A model generated the notes under the pieces. That model made no database searches. It was not told where the DNA came from and saw only the letters and a program-made list of their open reading frames with translations. DNA of 63,908 bases, filler included, from Octopus bimaculoides (lineage: Eukaryota), in the NCBI RefSeq assembly GCF_001194135.2. It is 6 parts of 6 records of this genome, joined end to end, with 100 filler letters (N's around TTAATTAATTAA, not from the genome) between each part and the next. Parts side by side here need not be neighbours in the genome. Positions count along the whole stretch, not along the records: positions 40,283 to 53,629 come from NC_068990.1; positions 53,730 to 59,313 come from NC_068997.1; positions 59,414 to 61,393 come from NC_068986.1; positions 61,494 to 63,908 come from NW_026333306.1; 2 more parts are not named here. One strand, 5' to 3'. This document shows positions 47,703-61,494 of this stretch, piece after piece. The position numbers and the translations under genes are program-made. Position 1 is the stretch's first letter. Each line of letters opens with the position of its first letter.

Positions 47703-47767
<65 letters not shown>

Positions 47768-47780
47768 GCGCACACACACA
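47675..47780. repeat. (CA)n microsatellite
   Basis: Seen directly in the sequence. Confidence 0.95.
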
Positions 47781-49334
47781 CATCTAAGTGTGATATAAGT
47801 TTACTTTTTCTCACGAGCAGCTGATTTCTAGTTCAGCCCCATATATGAGACACTTAGGTCAGTTGACATCTGCCCCAACTATGGTTCCACCCATGAATGC
47901 TGAATGAATTTAGTAACTGGAAACTTTCCGGAAGCCCTTTCTGTATGTTTATATGTGAGGTTAACTGCTGGTCTATCTTTGTATTTGTCTCACACTGATT
48001 TACAACAGCTGTTAGCGTATTTATATCGTGGTAGTTTAGCGGCAACAGAAATTGATGGAACATTACCAGAGTTAAAATAATGACTGGTATCGAATTTATC
48101 GACTAACACTTATCACTGCCGCTGTCCAGTAACGTAGAATAGTCCAAATACGTAAAAGAGAAAGGATTAAAACAGGATATATATATTTACCCTGTTTGGA
48201 AATAGTTATGAGCATACAGGTTCTTAAGAATTATGCACAGCTTATGTGAAAACATTGAATTAGTTGACACCCGTTATTCTGCTATTCCCTTACTACTGAT
48301 TGCTATGTCAGAGAACTTAATGTTATAAAGCACGAACAGTCTTATGATGACTAGCATATTTTATTCCGCCGTATGAGACACCAATCTTGAAGAAACTGGG
48401 AAAAGCGTGAGGGCATTCATTAGGAACTATTTCCTTCTATTCTGTAACGTTTAATATCATAAATACGGTTGTGTTGGAGATTCTTTGACAACGTTTGGAA
48501 AGTGTTAATCAATCAATTGTTACGTTCTAAAAAATATAACGTTTTATTTGAGCAAAATTGCAGTTTAGCAAATAGCAGGTCGGATTACATGAATTACAAC
48601 ATACATGTGCATGCTATTGTGTATGTATTTCTGTAAGTGTTCATGCACACACACATATACATACTGTGTGTGTGAGTGCATGTGTGCGTGTGTGTGTGTG
48701 TGTGCGCGTGTGCGCGCGAGTGTGTATGTGTGTGTGTGCGCGCGAGTGTGTATGTGTGAAAGTGTAACGTGAACTGTCCAGTCCATATTTAAAGTTGTAT
48801 TTATTTAAAACAGCATTTGGTACCTAGCGATCTCTGCCCAGTATTTTAGAAGCGGTGTAACCGGTTGGATTTGGGAAGAGTCCATTACAGAGTATACTGC
48901 ATTACTGGGTGGCGATATCTCGTCCATATCCACCATTCCACCTCCGTAGTTTATATCGTTCTATTATTAACCCAACATAAAATCGTTTCTAGCCTGAGGT
49001 AGAACCACTGCTTATATTCCAATGGTAATATCTACAAGACTTCTGGGCTGTACCAAAATTTGAAAACAACATCTTCAAAGCTCATTATTATCTCTTGTTC
49101 CACGATTTTCTCAGTTTTATAAGTACCTCGAGAAATTCATACGGTGCTATACATATAGGAAGATAGTTAAAATCTGAGCTACTTTCATTCCCATATACGT
49201 GGGGATGGTCATATTTCACGTCACCGTTATTATCACTATTATCATTTTAGTGTCCTTTGTCATAAACCTTTCATCACCCACCTTAAATTATTTCGGCACA
49301 GTATGTGTGAAAAGAAATTTAACAGAAAGGACAC

Positions 49335-49468
49335 TAAAATAAGAATAATAATAAAGCTGAAGTGAAGACTAAGTATATAATGCATGTGCTTAGTTGGCAA
49401 AAATATGATTATCCCCAAATCTGTTTCAACACTCGATTTCACATTCCTGCAAAACAAATCTATTTCCA
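49335..49468 (+). mobile_element. Diverged fragment of PLE-like family P4
   Basis: ATAAAGCTGAAG..ATATGATTATCCCCAAA..TCTGTTTCAACACTCGATTTCACAT..TGCAAAACAAAT aligns to the reverse complement of 53420-53575. Confidence 0.6.
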
Positions 49469-51756
49469 TTTTAAAATTTCCGTCACTTTTTTTTTTTCAC
49501 ATAGCATAAAATTAATTCTATCTCATTTCGCACAATGCTATACTGTAGTATATCCAGGAAAATTGCTTTCGGTTTTATTATGTTATTTGTTGTAAAATGT
49601 GTGAAGCTAACGTTTTGGCCTATAACCCTCTGTCAGCGTATTATAGCCAACATTGTCAGCCTTTTCCTCTATCCACGACAGGCTAATTTAATGGTAACTA
49701 AACATCAAACACTTTTGAATATATTATTGCCATTGTTGCCGACGGAAACCCTTTAAAGATTCCTCAAATTTCACATCTGGCCCATATTCTACTTAACCTC
49801 TCTATATCATAATATACTATGCAATACCATACTATGAAAAGTTGATTTCCATTTTGCAATGAACATTTCCGTCATTGATTTATTATCTCCTATTATAATG
49901 TTGGCAATAGGTATATCGATCAATAGCATCAATCATTCTCATTAGCTATTTCCCTGCTTCCAATAGCAGACAATCAATAAATATCCATCCACAAGATGTT
50001 TCTTAATTTAGATCTGACAACAAAGTTCTCATGGCACACATTCTTCTTCGCTGCAAAAACTCATCATTGTCATGACACCACTTCCGTTTCAGTATTACCT
50101 CGTAATGTTTCTACGTATAGCGCTTTCAATCATTTTCGCCTTCCAAATTGTTGTTATTTAAAAGCAGCCTGTAGATAAACGCACATGTACGAATACGGAT
50201 ACACACAAATTCATAAGTACACAAGATTTTACACTCTCACATGTTCATTCGTGCATATACGCGCGCGCGTGTGTAAACATCTCCAATTCACACGACGCAC
50301 ATATATGTGCACATAGTACTTGGACTAGTAGTGTTAGCTATAGTTCTAACGTTCAAATAATAATAAATATATTAATTAATTAAGCAAATAATTAAGTAAT
50401 TAAATTGTGTTACAACTCCGTACAATGGAAAAGTCATAGCAATATATCGTGCAAACAAAGGTTTATAATAAACTAGTTTGTCTTAAGCTATTCAGAAAAG
50501 ACGTGTTTTCATTTTGTCCCAAAGTAACATATTATCAGGTGACAATGATTTTTAGAAATAAAAATCTTAAAAGCTACAGCAAATGAATGTTTGCTGACGG
50601 AGCAGAAAGAGAAATCATTGAATTAAACCTGAGGTTCTGCGAAGCAAAGGTTGCAGGAAAAAGCTTTAATGTTCTTCAAGCATTTGGATGCACACCACCA
50701 AACGTTTATACAATAGGAAATATTTTTGATTTCATTTGAAAATTGATGGGTAAACATTAATCTTCTATTAATGATAGTTCGACGTGTTCACATTTGAGTT
50801 GCAGTCTTCTAACAAGGCGAACAGAAATATTTGCTATAATATGCAAGTGTTTCTATTATGCTTTGTCTCTTCGTGGATCCATATAGATGGCTACCATGAC
50901 ATCACGATGCACATCATGATAGGGGCATAATCATGCAATGAATTACCATACGACAGCTGTATATGTTGCTTCGTGAATTGTTTCTTAGTTTTACAATGAA
51001 ATGAGGTCAACTCAAATTTTGTGTGGTGGTTTCGGTACACAGAAAATATGGGGAAGCTAAATAAATTGAACGGTATTTATTTGTACAGGAGATCAGCACC
51101 AACACTTGATTTCACACTGTCAGCTGACACTTAAGCTTCTTTAGTGAACTCTGTTCGATAGCCCTCGATCAAGGTCTAAAGCTGGAATATAAATTGATAT
51201 CTTAAGGTATCGGAGAATAATTTTTCAGTCACTTTACACTGATAGATACTCACGCCCATCCACTAGCATGCAGGTAACTATAAATCTATAAAGATAACAA
51301 TTGGCATAGTTATGCAAGGCAAAGGAGAAAAGCGGCTACAAATGTACAGCCTGCACTGTACCGTAATCCTCATCCTTGCAACATTTACGGGCTTCTTCGC
51401 AAAACATTGGCGGGACTCATGTTACATTCAACATAAGTATTATGAAAGACAAAGAATATGCAGGTTTCGGTTCTTCATAAAGACAGGAGAATATACCATG
51501 TTTATGCACACACAGATACACACACACACATATATATGTATATATACATACCTATGAATGTATATGTGGATGTAATTTTATACATATACATACGCGTGGG
51601 TGTATGTGTGCGTGTATATGTATACACATGATAGAGAAGGAAAAATCTATATACTTATCTATCCATTGCATATCTTTATATTTTGCCGCACCTGGACTTC
51701 GAAGCTAGCTTTGAAGACGCATCGCATAAAAGCAGTGTAGTTTTAATAAACTTATG

Positions 51757-51960
<204 letters not shown>

Positions 51961-52319
51961 TATTTGCAGATACAGATATCCACACTGGAATCTCTTCAAC
52001 TGAAGGGCGCTTTGAGTGTGAACGATTCCACTTGTTACAATTTGCGTTCAAAACGACTTAGTGATTATCTCTGAATCTCTAAGACTTTCTGCGAAGAGAC
52101 ACATAATTAGATTGGCAGATAAGTACATGCAAACAGCCAAACAAGAGGTAAATCGACAAGCATTCCCAGAAACCACTTTTGGAATAGAGAATTATACATA
52201 CTTATTTGCATGCGAAGCAGTATACGTACACAAATAACAAGTATCTTGATATATTTGAGGTTGGAACAATAAATTAGTTGGCAGTGAGTCAAATGTTGAA
52301 GATCACAAATAAACCGGTT

Positions 52320-52367
<48 letters not shown>

Positions 52368-52744
52368 CATACATACATACATATTTACATAGAATGATGA
52401 ACATGGAGGAGAGAACAGAATAATGAGTAAAACAGTATGACGTTCTTTTTATTTAACCCCATGTCAGCAATAATCGGACAAATATATGAACACGTTTAAA
52501 CATCATTTGAAGTATGCATATGAATATCATACGCAAATGCACTATACCTAATACACCATACAACGCAAATTGTCTTTGGTTATTTTTGGTTAATTAATGA
52601 AATCACCAAGGCAATGAATATGTTCATTTTTTTTTTTTCAGTCTCTCAATAACCCTTGCCTGCTGCAGACAGCTTAGGGCAAGGGGTATGCTGTCGACAA
52701 TTTTTAAGTCAGAAGCGGGTGCCAATAACTAATACTTTTGTTTA

Positions 52745-53105
52745 TCTTCCGTCTTTTACTTGTTTCAGTAATTTGACTGCGGTCATGCTGGCACACTGGC
52801 TTGAAGGATTTTAGCCGAACAAATCTACCTAGGACTTATTTTTGAAAGCCTAGTATATATCCTATCGGCCCTTTTGCGAACTCACTAGGTTTCGGGGACG
52901 TAAAGACACCAATACCGGTTGTCAAGTAGTGGTGGAAGACAACCACGGACTAAAAGACACGCAGATATATAGTTATATACACATATATACATACACGGCA
53001 GGTGTTTTTAAAGTTTCATCTTCCAAATCCACTCACAAAGGTTCGGTCAGCACGCGGCCATAGTAGAAAAACGTTTCCCAAGATTCTACGCAGTGGGACT
53101 GAACC
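52745..53105 (-). mobile_element. SINE family B, diverged, near full length
   Basis: TTACTTGTTTCAGTAATTTGACTGCGGTCATGCTGG..GCAGTGGGACTGAACCC. Confidence 0.82.
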
Positions 53106-53385
53106 CCGAAGTATACACCTGTCTGTAAATATTGTTGATATATATACTACTGACAATTGAATTGATTTTCTGTGCTCATTTGATGTATACACACACACAC
53201 ATACACACACACAAACACAAAATTATTATTTCTAAATCTCTGAACGAGAGACATTCGGTAACAGTATTCTAGAGTAAAGATCATTTGCCAACATAATGTA
53301 GCAATCAATAGGACAAGTGGGGCTAAATAACAGTAAGAATCGTCCTAACCAGGTCTGCCAGATTGTGTTGGCAAATAATTTTAAT

Positions 53386-53419
<34 letters not shown>

Positions 53420-53420
<1 letters not shown>

Positions 53421-53629
53421 TTGTTTTGCAAGATTTTTCATGTGAAATCGTGTGTTGAAACAGATGTTGTTGTACTTGGGGATGGTCATATTGCCAGTTT
53501 AGCCAATAAAAACACACGCACTGTATATTTGGTGTTAATTTGCTTCAGCTTTATATTACATTAATCTTAATCTTATTTCGGCCAGAGTTCTTTCGTCACA
53601 CTTCTGTGACCTCATCAGTGGTCCTTTGT
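53420..53629 (-). mobile_element. Penelope-like terminal fragment, family P4
   Basis: Carries a hammerhead motif; second copy at 49335-49468; cut by a gap. Confidence 0.6.
53580..53624 (-). ncRNA. Minimal hammerhead ribozyme motif with intact core
   Basis: Minus strand: GG-A-CCA/TGG-CC stem I; core CTGATGA plus an extra G; stem II GTCACA-gaag-TGTGAC; GAAA; stem III AG-aa-CT; triplet CUC. Confidence 0.7.
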
Positions 53630-53749
53630 NNNNNNNNNNNNNNNNNNNNNNNNNNNNNNNNNNNNNNNNNNNNTTAATTAATTAANNNNNNNNNNNNNNN
53701 NNNNNNNNNNNNNNNNNNNNNNNNNNNNNCGCAACGACTGCGATGATAG

Positions 53750-54020
53750 TGACAGCAGCAGCAATGAAAATGATGATAACGCTTACGGAAACGATGGCAA
53801 TAATGATGGTGGTGATGTTGGTGACGATTAGGAGGAGGAGGAGGAGGAGGAGGAGGGGGAGATGAGGGGAGAAGAAGGAGGAAGGGGAGGAGAAGGAGAT
53901 GTGTAGAAAGAAGACAACGACGACAACACGATAACGACGACGACGACGACGACGACGCTGAGGTGATGCTGCTGCTGCTACTGCTGTTACTGCTGATGTT
54001 GATAATGATGATGATGATGG
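53750..54020. repeat. Mixed trinucleotide low-complexity tract (GAT/GGA/GAC/GCT)
   Basis: Seen directly in the sequence. Confidence 0.85.
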
Positions 54021-54450
54021 TAGATGATGACCTAACGAACAATAAAATTAGCGAAAAAAAAAACCCAATGAATAAAGATGTAAATAAATAAATAAATAAA
54101 TAAATAATAAATGTCTATCGAAACCTCCTGGTTTTCTACTTGAACACATTTAAAGAATAGTGAGAGATTCTGGAAGGAATATCGAAGAATATTTGCTCCA
54201 GAATTCTTCGTGTATTAACGTTTTTCTCTAGATGTATTCCTTTTTTTATCAATTTAAACCCTTGCTTTCGCCGACAACATTCGACATCGTATGTCCTAAT
54301 CGCTAAAGCGACAGACATAAGGATGTGCAGTCTGTAGTTACGTTGTCATATTTTCTGTTTCTAAATCTCTCCAGGAAAGAATTTCATTTTCATTCCTCCT
54401 AGATTTTCACAACTAAGTACAGCTCACAGCTCATTCACTTCCCTATTCAT

Positions 54451-54560
54451 CAGAGGTTCTTAACCGGGGTTCATATGGCCCATATATTATTTTAGAGGGT
54501 CCACATTACAAAATAATTGTTTGGGGATCCACAAGAGCATTTTAAGGGCCCGTACGAAAA
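54451..54560 (+). mobile_element. Possible hAT-like MITE left end
   Basis: CAGAGGTTCTTAACCGGGGTTC..GGGTCCAC; no right end or TSD found. Confidence 0.35.
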
Positions 54561-54639
54561 ATTTTCCTACAAAACAACTACATCCCAAACTCAAAACGGC
54601 TAAAGGCATTGATGGCTGGAACACCTTGTAACAGTGGTG

Positions 54640-54790
54640 TATGTGTCAGGTGGTTTTGTGAGAGAACAACTAGAAGGTGTATTAGTTTGACGGTCTGGAA
54701 GAGTGGGAGAGTCTTTGACATTTCGGGCCCTGCGCTCTTCAGCAGAAAAAGATGAGAGGAAAAGAAAATGGGGAGTGAAACGAAAAAACG
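54640..54790 (-). mobile_element. Penelope-like terminal repeat, family P1 copy 3
   Basis: Minus strand TTTTCTGCTGAAGAGCGCAGGGCCCGAAATGTCAAAGACT..AAACTAATACA..ACCACCTG; the hammerhead-like part (54713-54749) again has core CTGCTGAA. Confidence 0.65.
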
Positions 54791-54868
54791 TGTCAGGATT
54801 ATCGGTTTAAAATATATATGTATCGGTTTAATACACACACACACACATACATACACACATACACACAT

Positions 54869-54942
<74 letters not shown>

Positions 54943-55949
54943 TGTTTTGGGAGGGTCATTACATTTTGGTGTTAAGATTGCTCCTGTCGCTATTAATTGG
55001 GTTTTAATTAGCTCACATGCTATTTGCGACATCACTGCCTGAAATGACATTCATATTCTATGTATCATTGACAGGGAAATCGGCTGCTATGTCACTGATG
55101 GACGTTTGCCATTGACAAGCCCAACGACGAGCTACATATGCATCTATGTATGAATGCCTGTATGTACTTATGTATATGTGTATTGAAATGTATTGTCTAC
55201 TGACAAGTTTCGTAGAAGGTCACCGGAGAAATTGCTTTGTGTTATATTGCACCCCTTTATGACCTGATTTTACCTTTGCCAAGGTCGATTTTGCCTCACC
55301 TCCTTTTGAAGTTGCAACCACTCTATACGGAAATAATCGAATAGCATTTTTTAAATGTTGTGTCCGCCGAATGTATATGCATTTCTTCGTTGAAGAAAAC
55401 CTCTTTCAGTTGTGTTTTCAGTTTAACTCCTGTCCCGTTAGGACCAAGCCAACATCTCACATGAAGCACAGTACAGTACAGGATATTCAACCGCGTGGCC
55501 AAGTCTCACTTTTGATCAACAATGCTTTAGAGACATTTAACAAGATATTTACTGTATTATATTTTCGCTTTTGTAGAGATGGCGCTCTAGCTGCATTTAA
55601 AATCACCAATGTACACGTATTAAACATATTACTGAAGGACATTATATATAGGTAGAGTAATTTCGGCTTAAATATAACTAAAGCTAATAACTTAACTACT
55701 GTTAATATCCTTGATGTTCCCGTAGATTTAGCCACTATTCAAGAAGAATAGAATGAAATATTAAACAAGCAACGCCGGTAAATACAACATAGATATCCAT
55801 AATATACTATAAATTCTTCTACGATATACTTTTATCCACAAATAAATACATTTATCTTTTGTTTCGGTGATACTGTCACCAGTAAATCCTATTCAAATGT
55901 TCTTTCATTTTAAACGCAATATAATTATGCGAACCAAGGAGAGGGCAGC

Positions 55950-56165
55950 TACGTGGTCACATGTTTTGCTAAAAGTAGCAGCAAGATATCTGTAAAATCC
56001 AATCCGAAAAGTGTCCTACCAATCCATAAGACAAAAGAGCAGAACACTAATTTATTTCTAGGTCCGCAATGCCCGAAAACCAATATAGGATGGCCACGAC
56101 TGTAACGCTTTTGATCATAGGTCTACTCGGTCATGGATGACTTGGGGGCTGAACGACGACAACAA
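55950..56165 (+). mobile_element. Family H retroposon 3' part, old
   Basis: AAAAGTAGCAGCAAGATATC..TTTGATCATAGGTCTACTCG..GACTTGGGGGCTGAACGACGACAAC. Confidence 0.55.
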
Positions 56166-57156
56166 TATCAATATAAACAACCTAATTATGTCACAATAAG
56201 TCAATTAAATGACATCTCTAAAATGTTAATTGTGATTTGTAAAACAAACAAATGTTACGCTGCAATGATCACGTATTTTCTTATTACAGAAAAGTGAGTG
56301 TTTGTGTATGTTTTAATGACTGCGCGTACATATATATATATNNNNNNNNNNNNNNNNNNNNNNNNNNNNNNNNNNNNNNNNNNNNNNNNNNNNNNNNNNN
56401 NNNNNNNNNNNNNNNNNNNNNNNNNNNNNNNNNNNNNNNNNNNNNNNNNNNNNNNNNNNNNNNNNNNNNNNNNNNNNNNNNNNNNNNNNNNNNNNNNNNN
56501 NNNNNNNNNNNNNNNNNNNNNNNNNNNNNNNNNNNNNNNNNNNNNNNNNNNNNNNNNNNNNNNNNNNNNNNNNNNNNNNNNNNNNNNNNNNNNNNNNNNN
56601 NNNNNNNNNNNNNNNNNNNNNNNNNNNNNNNNNNNNNNNNNNNNNNNNNNNNNNNNNNNNNNNNNNNNNNNNNNNNNNNNNNNNNNNNNNNNNNNNNNNN
56701 NNNNNNNNNNNNNNNNNNNNNNNNNNNNNNNNNNNNNNNNNNNNNNNNNNNNNNNNNNNNNNNNNNNNNNNNNNNNNNNNNNNNNNNNNNNNNNNNNNNN
56801 NNNNNNNNNNNNNNNNNNNNNNNNNNNNNNNNNNNNNNNNNNNNNNNNNNNNNNNNNNNNNNNNNNNNNNNNNNNNNNNNNNNNNNNNNNNNNNNNNNNN
56901 NNNNNNNNNNNNNNNNNNNNNNNNNNNNNNNNNNNNNNNNNNNNNNNNNNNNNNNNNNNNNNNNNNNNNNNNNNNNNNNNNNNNNNNNNNNNNNNNNNNN
57001 NNNNNNNNNNNNNNNNNNNNNNNNNNNNNNNNNNNNNNNNNNNNNNNNNNNNNNNNNNNNNNNNNNNNNNNNNNNNNNNNNNNNNNNNNNNNNNNNNNNN
57101 NNNNNNNNNNNNNNNNNNNNNNNNNNNNNNNNNNNNNNNNNNNNNNNNNNNNNNNN

Positions 57157-57219
<63 letters not shown>

Positions 57220-57221
<2 letters not shown>

Positions 57222-57355
57222 GGCGGCGAGCTTGCAGAATCATTAGCACATCAGGTAAAATGCTTAGCGACATTTTGTGCGTCGACTTTGCTTTTCATCC
57301 TTTCGGGGTTAGTACCAGTTGAGCACTGGAGTCGATGTGATCGGCTTGTACCCTC
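57220..57355 (+). mobile_element. SINE family A, internally deleted, directly after (ATT)n
   Basis: (ATT)n at 57158-57219 runs into AAGGCGGCGAGCTTGCAGAATC. Confidence 0.85.
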
Positions 57356-57814
57356 ATAGTAGTAGTAGTAGCAGTAGCAGCAGCAGCAGCGGTAGTATTT
57401 CAAGGAAATTACCCAAAACTAAAACACATTCATGGGATTTACCCACTCATCCCTTCACAAACGAACAGACAATGTAGATTAAATTGTGTTTGGTAGTGAC
57501 TGTGTAGCCGTTTCAATGTATGTCATTTTATAGAGCTTGCCATCTTAATATTCATCAAACACAAGATTATTTTGCACATTAGTTTATTGCGAGGCTATTA
57601 TAGCCACCGTACTGGGCCCTATAGTATCTATTTATTGAAAGCCAATAACAGCATACACAGTTGAGAATTGGGCCCCTAAACATTTTAGCTTCCTAGGCAC
57701 TGGTTTATTGTCCATACTATGTTTTTTTGTTTATTTTCCCACCCACCAAATATCTCTCTTTGAATCTCTACCTGGGAAAGCGTTCCCGAATTTGAATATT
57801 GATGGAAATTGATC

Positions 57815-58012
57815 GGCATTCCGTCGGTTACATCGACGTAGGTTCCAGTTAATGCGATCAACGGAACAGCCTGCACGTGAAATTAACGTGCAAGTGACTG
57901 AGCTCTCCACAGACAAGCGTACCCTTAATGTAGTCCTCAGAGAGTTTCAGTGTGACACAGAGTGTGACAAGGCTGGCCCTTTGAAATACAAGTACTACTC
58001 ATTTTTCCAACA
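57815..58012 (-). mobile_element. SINE family C, tail type 2, headless
   Basis: Aligns to 15762-15940. Confidence 0.82.
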
Positions 58013-58304
58013 AATGAAACTAGTGAACAAGGAGTGAAGTAATATAACGAAATTTTAACGAATCTTGTCGCATTATTTGTCATGCTGCTACTCACCAATA
58101 ACACTATTCCCTACACACATTTTGAGCCAGATAAAAAATTATTTTGAGAATGTGTTTCAAAAATTAACTTTGTACCCAGCTTAACCATTTTATTTTTCAA
58201 AAAATGTCTTGATCAAATGCCTAGTGACACCCTTAGTGCTCTCGTAACATACACTGTCACATTATGAGCTCGCAATGTCATCAAGGAAGTGCACCAACTT
58301 GATC

Positions 58305-58511
58305 TAGAGTAGTGGCTTTCAACTATTTTTTGTCTGTGGACTAGTTTCATTCCTACTTTACTAGGGTGGACCTTCATAGCCATTCTATGTTTTTTTTTAA
58401 TGTTAACATATTCCGTGTATTGTAGAAGAATAAATGAGTCGTTATATATAACTTTTAGCAACAAAATCATATTTGGATCTCTAAGGGCCTTGTGAACCAC
58501 GGTTGCCAATC
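58305..58511. mobile_element. Possible old hAT-like MITE
   Basis: TAGTGGCTTTCAACTATTTTTTG..GTGGAC at left and GAACCACGGTTGCCAATCTCTG at right; very degenerate. Confidence 0.3.
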
Positions 58512-60799
58512 TCTGATTTATAACGAAAGTGAAGTCAGTTTCATGATGTCCCCCCCCCTTGTTTCCTGATGTCCCCCGCAACACAAATTAATAAACGTAC
58601 ACACACGCGCGCACACACACGCGACAATATTACGGTATTCATCCCGAAAAACCATCTTATATATACTTAGAGTGCTAAAAAGCGCAGAAGAACCAGCAGC
58701 AAACGGAAAGTGTCTAACTGAGGCAATGGTATTATAGATTATGTGATTTCAGCATATTCGCACGTATTCGGTGCCAAATATCCACTATCAACTGCATGCT
58801 TAGACAAATCGCACCATTGGTGGTACGCAGAAGAAAATAGTGATTAATCATTTATTGGCATTGCGGGTTGAGTAAAAATTCGTTTTTAACGATGGAAGCA
58901 GGAACGGTCCAGAACAGAATTCAGTATATTGTATCTAACGTGGACATTCTATAAAGCCACCACAATCACAATATTGTGGTCCCCTTCTTCAGAAAGCATT
59001 TCGAAGAGACATCGTGCAACAAAGCATTTGTGTGTGTGTATATATATACATATACATATATATATATTTCATTTCATTTCAAAGTTTCAGCTCAGAGCTG
59101 CGGCCATGCTGATGCACCACCGTGTTGCTACACTGTTATTACAGGGAGCCTCTTACAATATGTGGCACTTGGTGAAGAATGGAGTTTGATTTAGCAACTC
59201 TCATTTGCACCTCCTGCCGTGAGGTAGGTTCATCTGGGACTCTCGATAGGAAGAGGTCCAGCTTTGATTTAAGAACTCCTACATCTACTTTGTGCAGATT
59301 CCTCAGGCTCTTTNNNNNNNNNNNNNNNNNNNNNNNNNNNNNNNNNNNNNNNNNNNNTTAATTAATTAANNNNNNNNNNNNNNNNNNNNNNNNNNNNNNN
59401 NNNNNNNNNNNNNATACATATACATACATATATTTATACATATATATATATGCACACTCTTATCCTATCTCTTTTCTGTCTATCTCCCTCTCTTGTTCTT
59501 CCCTTCCGTTTTTCTCTCCCACCCTTTCCCTATTCTTCTCCTCTCCCCTTCACCGTTCCCTCTCTCTCACTCTTCCTCCTTGACTCTCGTTGATCACACG
59601 TGACTAACAGCCATTTTCTCTTTCTTCTACTTTCTTCGTAAAGACAAGACGTGCTTTTACCTGTCTCTTCTCATAGCTCGTTTTTCTAGCGTTCCTAATT
59701 TTTTACATCGCCTTGGCTTAACAGCCCTCACCGTTTGTTTTTAATATCTTGTTCTCACTGTCCTGTTTTTATTACCACTTTAGCCCTCCGCAAAAAAATC
59801 CCAAATTTTATTTAATTTACTTTGCGGAAAGGACTGTTTTAACGAAGTCGCGTCTTGTCCTTACCTTCGAAACGCGGAGTAGATAATAAAACAGGGAACA
59901 ACTGATGGAGGGAATGTTCTTTATGTTGCATATCTCGTTTCTCTGTTTATTTCGTTGTTCGAAATAAAGTTCGTTTTCTATGTTTTTCATTTCTTTATGT
60001 TCTCGTTTCTCATTCTGTTCACGCTTTTTGATGTCCTGTACCCATATATGCATGTATATATACATATATATATGTAAGTATGTACATATATGTATATATA
60101 TGCATATATTTATATATTATTTATATTATCATATGATCGAACGCCACGCATCCTTTTCCAAGTAAGTTTTATCNNNNNNNNNNNNNNNNNNNNNNNNNNN
60201 NNNNNNNNNNNNNNNNNNNNNNNNNNNNNNNNNNNNNNNNNNNNNNNNNNNNNNNNNNNNNNNNNNNNNNNNNNNNNNNNNNNNNNNNNNNNNNNNNNNN
60301 NNNNNNNNNNNNNNNNNNNNNNNNNNNNNNNNNNNNNNNNNNNNNNNNNNNNNNNNNNNNNNNNNNNNNNNNNNNNNNNNNNNNNNNNNNNNNNNNNNNN
60401 NNNNNNNNNNNNNNNNNNNNNNNNNNNNNNNNNNNNNNNNNNNNNNNNNNNNNNNNNNNNNNNNNNNNNNNNNNNNNNNNNNNNNNNNNNNNNNNNNNNN
60501 NNNNNNNNNNNNNNNNNNNNNNNNNNNNNNNNNNNNNNNNNNNNNNNNNNNNNNNNNNNNNNNNNNNNNNNNNNNNNNNNNNNNNNNNNNNNNNNNNNNN
60601 NNNNNNNNNNNNNNNNNNNNNNNNNNNNNNNNNNNNNNNNNNNNNNNNNNNNNNNNNNNNNNNNNNNNNNNNNNNNNNNNNNNNNNNNNNNNNNNNNNNN
60701 NNNNNNNNNNNNNNNNNNNNNNNNNNNNNNNNNNNNNNNNNNNNNNNNTATATATATGCACACACTCATATATATATATATATATACACATACACACAC

Positions 60800-60955
60800 G
60801 ATGACTTTTTAATTTCGGTGTTCTCAATCCACTCACAAGCTTTTAGCCAGTCCAGGTAGTAGAAGGTCCCTGCCCCAGGTGCCATGCAGTGGGACTAAAC
60901 CCAAAATCATTTGATTGGAAGGCAAACCTCTTACCACACAGACATGTCTGCGTCT
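60800..60955 (-). mobile_element. SINE family B, 5' half, old
   Basis: AATCCACTCACAAG..GGTGCCATGCAGTGGGACTAAACCC..CTTACCACACAG. Confidence 0.75.
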
Positions 60956-61260
60956 GTGAATTGTAGAAAGATAAGTTTGACAGTTCAGAACACTTCACTA
61001 TTTTATGATTAATTCCGCAACAAAGTATGGATGTGGGATTATATAGATGTTTAGCAAATACGTGAACAGTTTATATTTTGAAGATGTTTCGACAGAAATA
61101 AATTTCCTCTTTTCAAATTCACAAAAAAAAAAAAGAAAAAATACAAAAAAAAAAAACAAAAAAAAAACGCGAATTAAAGATATTCAGCTGTTGTGAAAAA
61201 AAAAAGCGTAGGAATACGAATGCCAAAGTTAGATAACTTGGCGCTTTCTCACCATTCACC

Positions 61261-61261
61261 A

Positions 61262-61339
<78 letters not shown>

Positions 61340-61360
61340 CCTACCTACCTACCTACCTAC

Positions 61361-61393
<33 letters not shown>
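61261..61393. repeat. (TATC)n/(TACC)n microsatellite
   Basis: Seen directly in the sequence. Confidence 0.95.
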
Positions 61394-61494
61394 NNNNNNN
61401 NNNNNNNNNNNNNNNNNNNNNNNNNNNNNNNNNNNNNTTAATTAATTAANNNNNNNNNNNNNNNNNNNNNNNNNNNNNNNNNNNNNNNNNNNNC

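Noticed and set aside
47991-48080. BTB-like LLAYLYRGSL, plus LADKY at 52111-52147
   Set aside because: The matches are too short, the surrounding residues do not fit BTB, and the first frame ends at a stop with no splice support.
51312-51445. Zinc-finger-like YKCTAC and HPCNIYG fragments
   Set aside because: They are in different frames, separated by stops, and lack complete C2H2 spacing.
55580-55653. Plus-strand exon candidate after a strong acceptor (DGALAAFKITNVH..)
   Set aside because: The donor is weak, the peptide is unrecognised and there are no compatible neighbouring exons.
59840-59900. TTCGAAACGCGGAG, a PLE-like end motif
   Set aside because: No CUGANGA core or stem I could be placed; it may be a decayed PLE end but cannot be supported.
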